Assembly (NCBI GenBank): GCA_965637545.1
Contig: OZ281497.1
Location: forward strand, 5,952,001-6,016,000
Direction: 5' to 3'
DNA length: 64,000 bases
Source: Phallusia mammillata
Lineage: Eukaryota
Positions within the stretch are counted from its first letter, which is position 1. Each line of letters starts with the position of its first letter. Made by a program: the position numbers and the translations under genes. This document shows positions 63,401 through 64,000 of the stretch, one piece after another. Below the pieces are notes generated by a model. The model saw only the letters and a program-made list of their open reading frames with translations, searched no databases and was not told where the DNA came from.

Positions 63401-64000
63401 GATACATTTAAGGTACTAGTGTAAAGTCCCACCAAACTGTTAAGAGGTTAGGGCCAATTTGGCATGGGGAGTTATATAGTTTATTATTTAACAACCATCA
63501 GACATAGGTAACTTCCAAGATTCGTTTTTATTGTATGATTTTTATTTCAATCTTTGCCTTATTTTTAATTTTATGTTTTCATCAACTTTCTAAAAATTGG
63601 TTAATATTTTTTTTACTTTGTCAGGCGATATTGATTGAATTCCTAGATTTTGACGTGGAATTTGCCTCAAACTGTATTTATGACTACTTGGAAGTTTACG
63701 ATGGAATACAATTGGTAAGTGTTTTGTTTTATTAAAAACACATTTGATTAGTTGACAAACATTTCAATAAAAAGTAAAAAGTATTACAACATTTGTGTTT
63801 ATCTTCCATTTATTTGGATCTCTGAGTTTCCGCAGGAAGACTACAGAAAAATTTACAACCCTACCTTTAGTGCGACTGCGATCTATAATCTACTAACCAC
63901 GGTAATTTTGTTAGATATCTGGAAGACTGTGTGGCAATAATCTCCCACCCAACTTTATTGCCTACTCCACAATATTACGCCTTGTGTTTCATACCGATTA
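51476..64000 (+). CDS. Unit C2 coding exons: CUB-LDLa-active protease-CUB-LDLa-inactive protease-CUB (continues off the right edge)
   Basis: Exons 51476-51600, 51887-51976, 52221-52362, 52574-52684, 52968-53029, 53554-53714, 54043-54135, 54398-54552, 54716-54873, 55302-55443, 55633-55656, 55735-55856, 56016-56099, 59133-59256, 59433-59546, 59751-59812, 59943-60094, 60157-60407, 61123-61268, 61573-61717, 62175-62201, 62739-62854, 63625-63714, 63915-end. All are open and in phase. Confidence 0.88.
52021..52102. mobile_element. Tc1/mariner-type micro-MITE, C2 copy
   Basis: CAGTAAAC...GTTTACTG flanked by TA on both sides. Confidence 0.7.
53147..53313. repeat. Foldback palindrome with intact hammerhead-like core, C2 copy
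   Basis: Same arms as 38201-38362; core CTGACGA-T-GACAA-cacagt-TTGTC-GAAA-CGTC-TG at 53227-53260. Confidence 0.85.
54907..55105 (-). mobile_element. ~200-bp C2-specific insertion, probable retroelement tail in antisense orientation
   Basis: Absent from C1 (GCCTTGTTGCGATC); flanked by a TGTTG duplication; the minus strand ends in a short (CAA)n run. Family not identified. Confidence 0.55.
56581..57434 (+). CDS. Harbinger Myb/SANT-like accessory protein, C2 copy (same frame break)
   Basis: Same structure as 41368-42221. Confidence 0.8.
57742..58888 (-). CDS. Harbinger DDE transposase, C2 copy, ~340 aa
   Basis: Exons 58888-58382, 58322-58069, 58003-57742; translation matches the C1 copy in the ORF track. 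Confidence 0.92.
60705..61095. mobile_element. hAT-type MITE, C2 copy
   Basis: TIRs CAGTATTTCTCAACC / GGTTGAGAATCACTG; TSD CTTTAACT/CTCTAACT. Confidence 0.8.
61828..62124. mobile_element. hAT-type MITE, C2 copy
   Basis: TIRs CAGTGTTTTTCAAC / GTTGAAAATCATTG; TSD TTGTAAAG/TTGCAAAG. Confidence 0.8.

Larger units (their letters stand above)
49765..64000 (+). repeat. Tandem segmental unit C2 (runs off the right edge)
   Basis: Collinear with C1 at an offset of about 15.0-15.5 kb (Harbinger offset 15,213). Confidence 0.95.

Overview
Eukaryotic, AT-rich, short-intron invertebrate DNA (ascidian-like is my guess, not shown by the sequence). There is one 200-N scaffold gap at 12505-12704. The left edge holds the 5' end of a minus-strand secreted-protein gene whose mature chain starts with His (LPMO-like, nahoda-type). 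The rest is a rearranged array of CUB / LDL-receptor class A / S1 serine-protease exons on the + strand. It comprises: a truncated paralog A (5388-7802); a 4.5-kb inverted copy of part of unit B; unit B (signal peptide-CUB-LDLa-active protease-CUB-LDLa-inactive protease-[CUB-Thr/Pro]x4); and two ~15.3-15.5-kb tandem units C1 and C2 with the same exon set. B and C1 have no terminal exon of their own and end on an open phase-1 donor. The duplicated signal-peptide exons of C1 and C2 each carry a different 1-bp deletion, while all their downstream exons are intact and phase-compatible. This suggests one giant (~3,300+ aa) read-through polyprotease. Introns carry a full-length PIF/Harbinger transposon (2 copies), hAT and Tc1/mariner-type MITEs, non-LTR retroelement tails and Penelope-type minimal hammerhead-ribozyme motifs. 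All coordinates and translations were read by eye; no database search was run.
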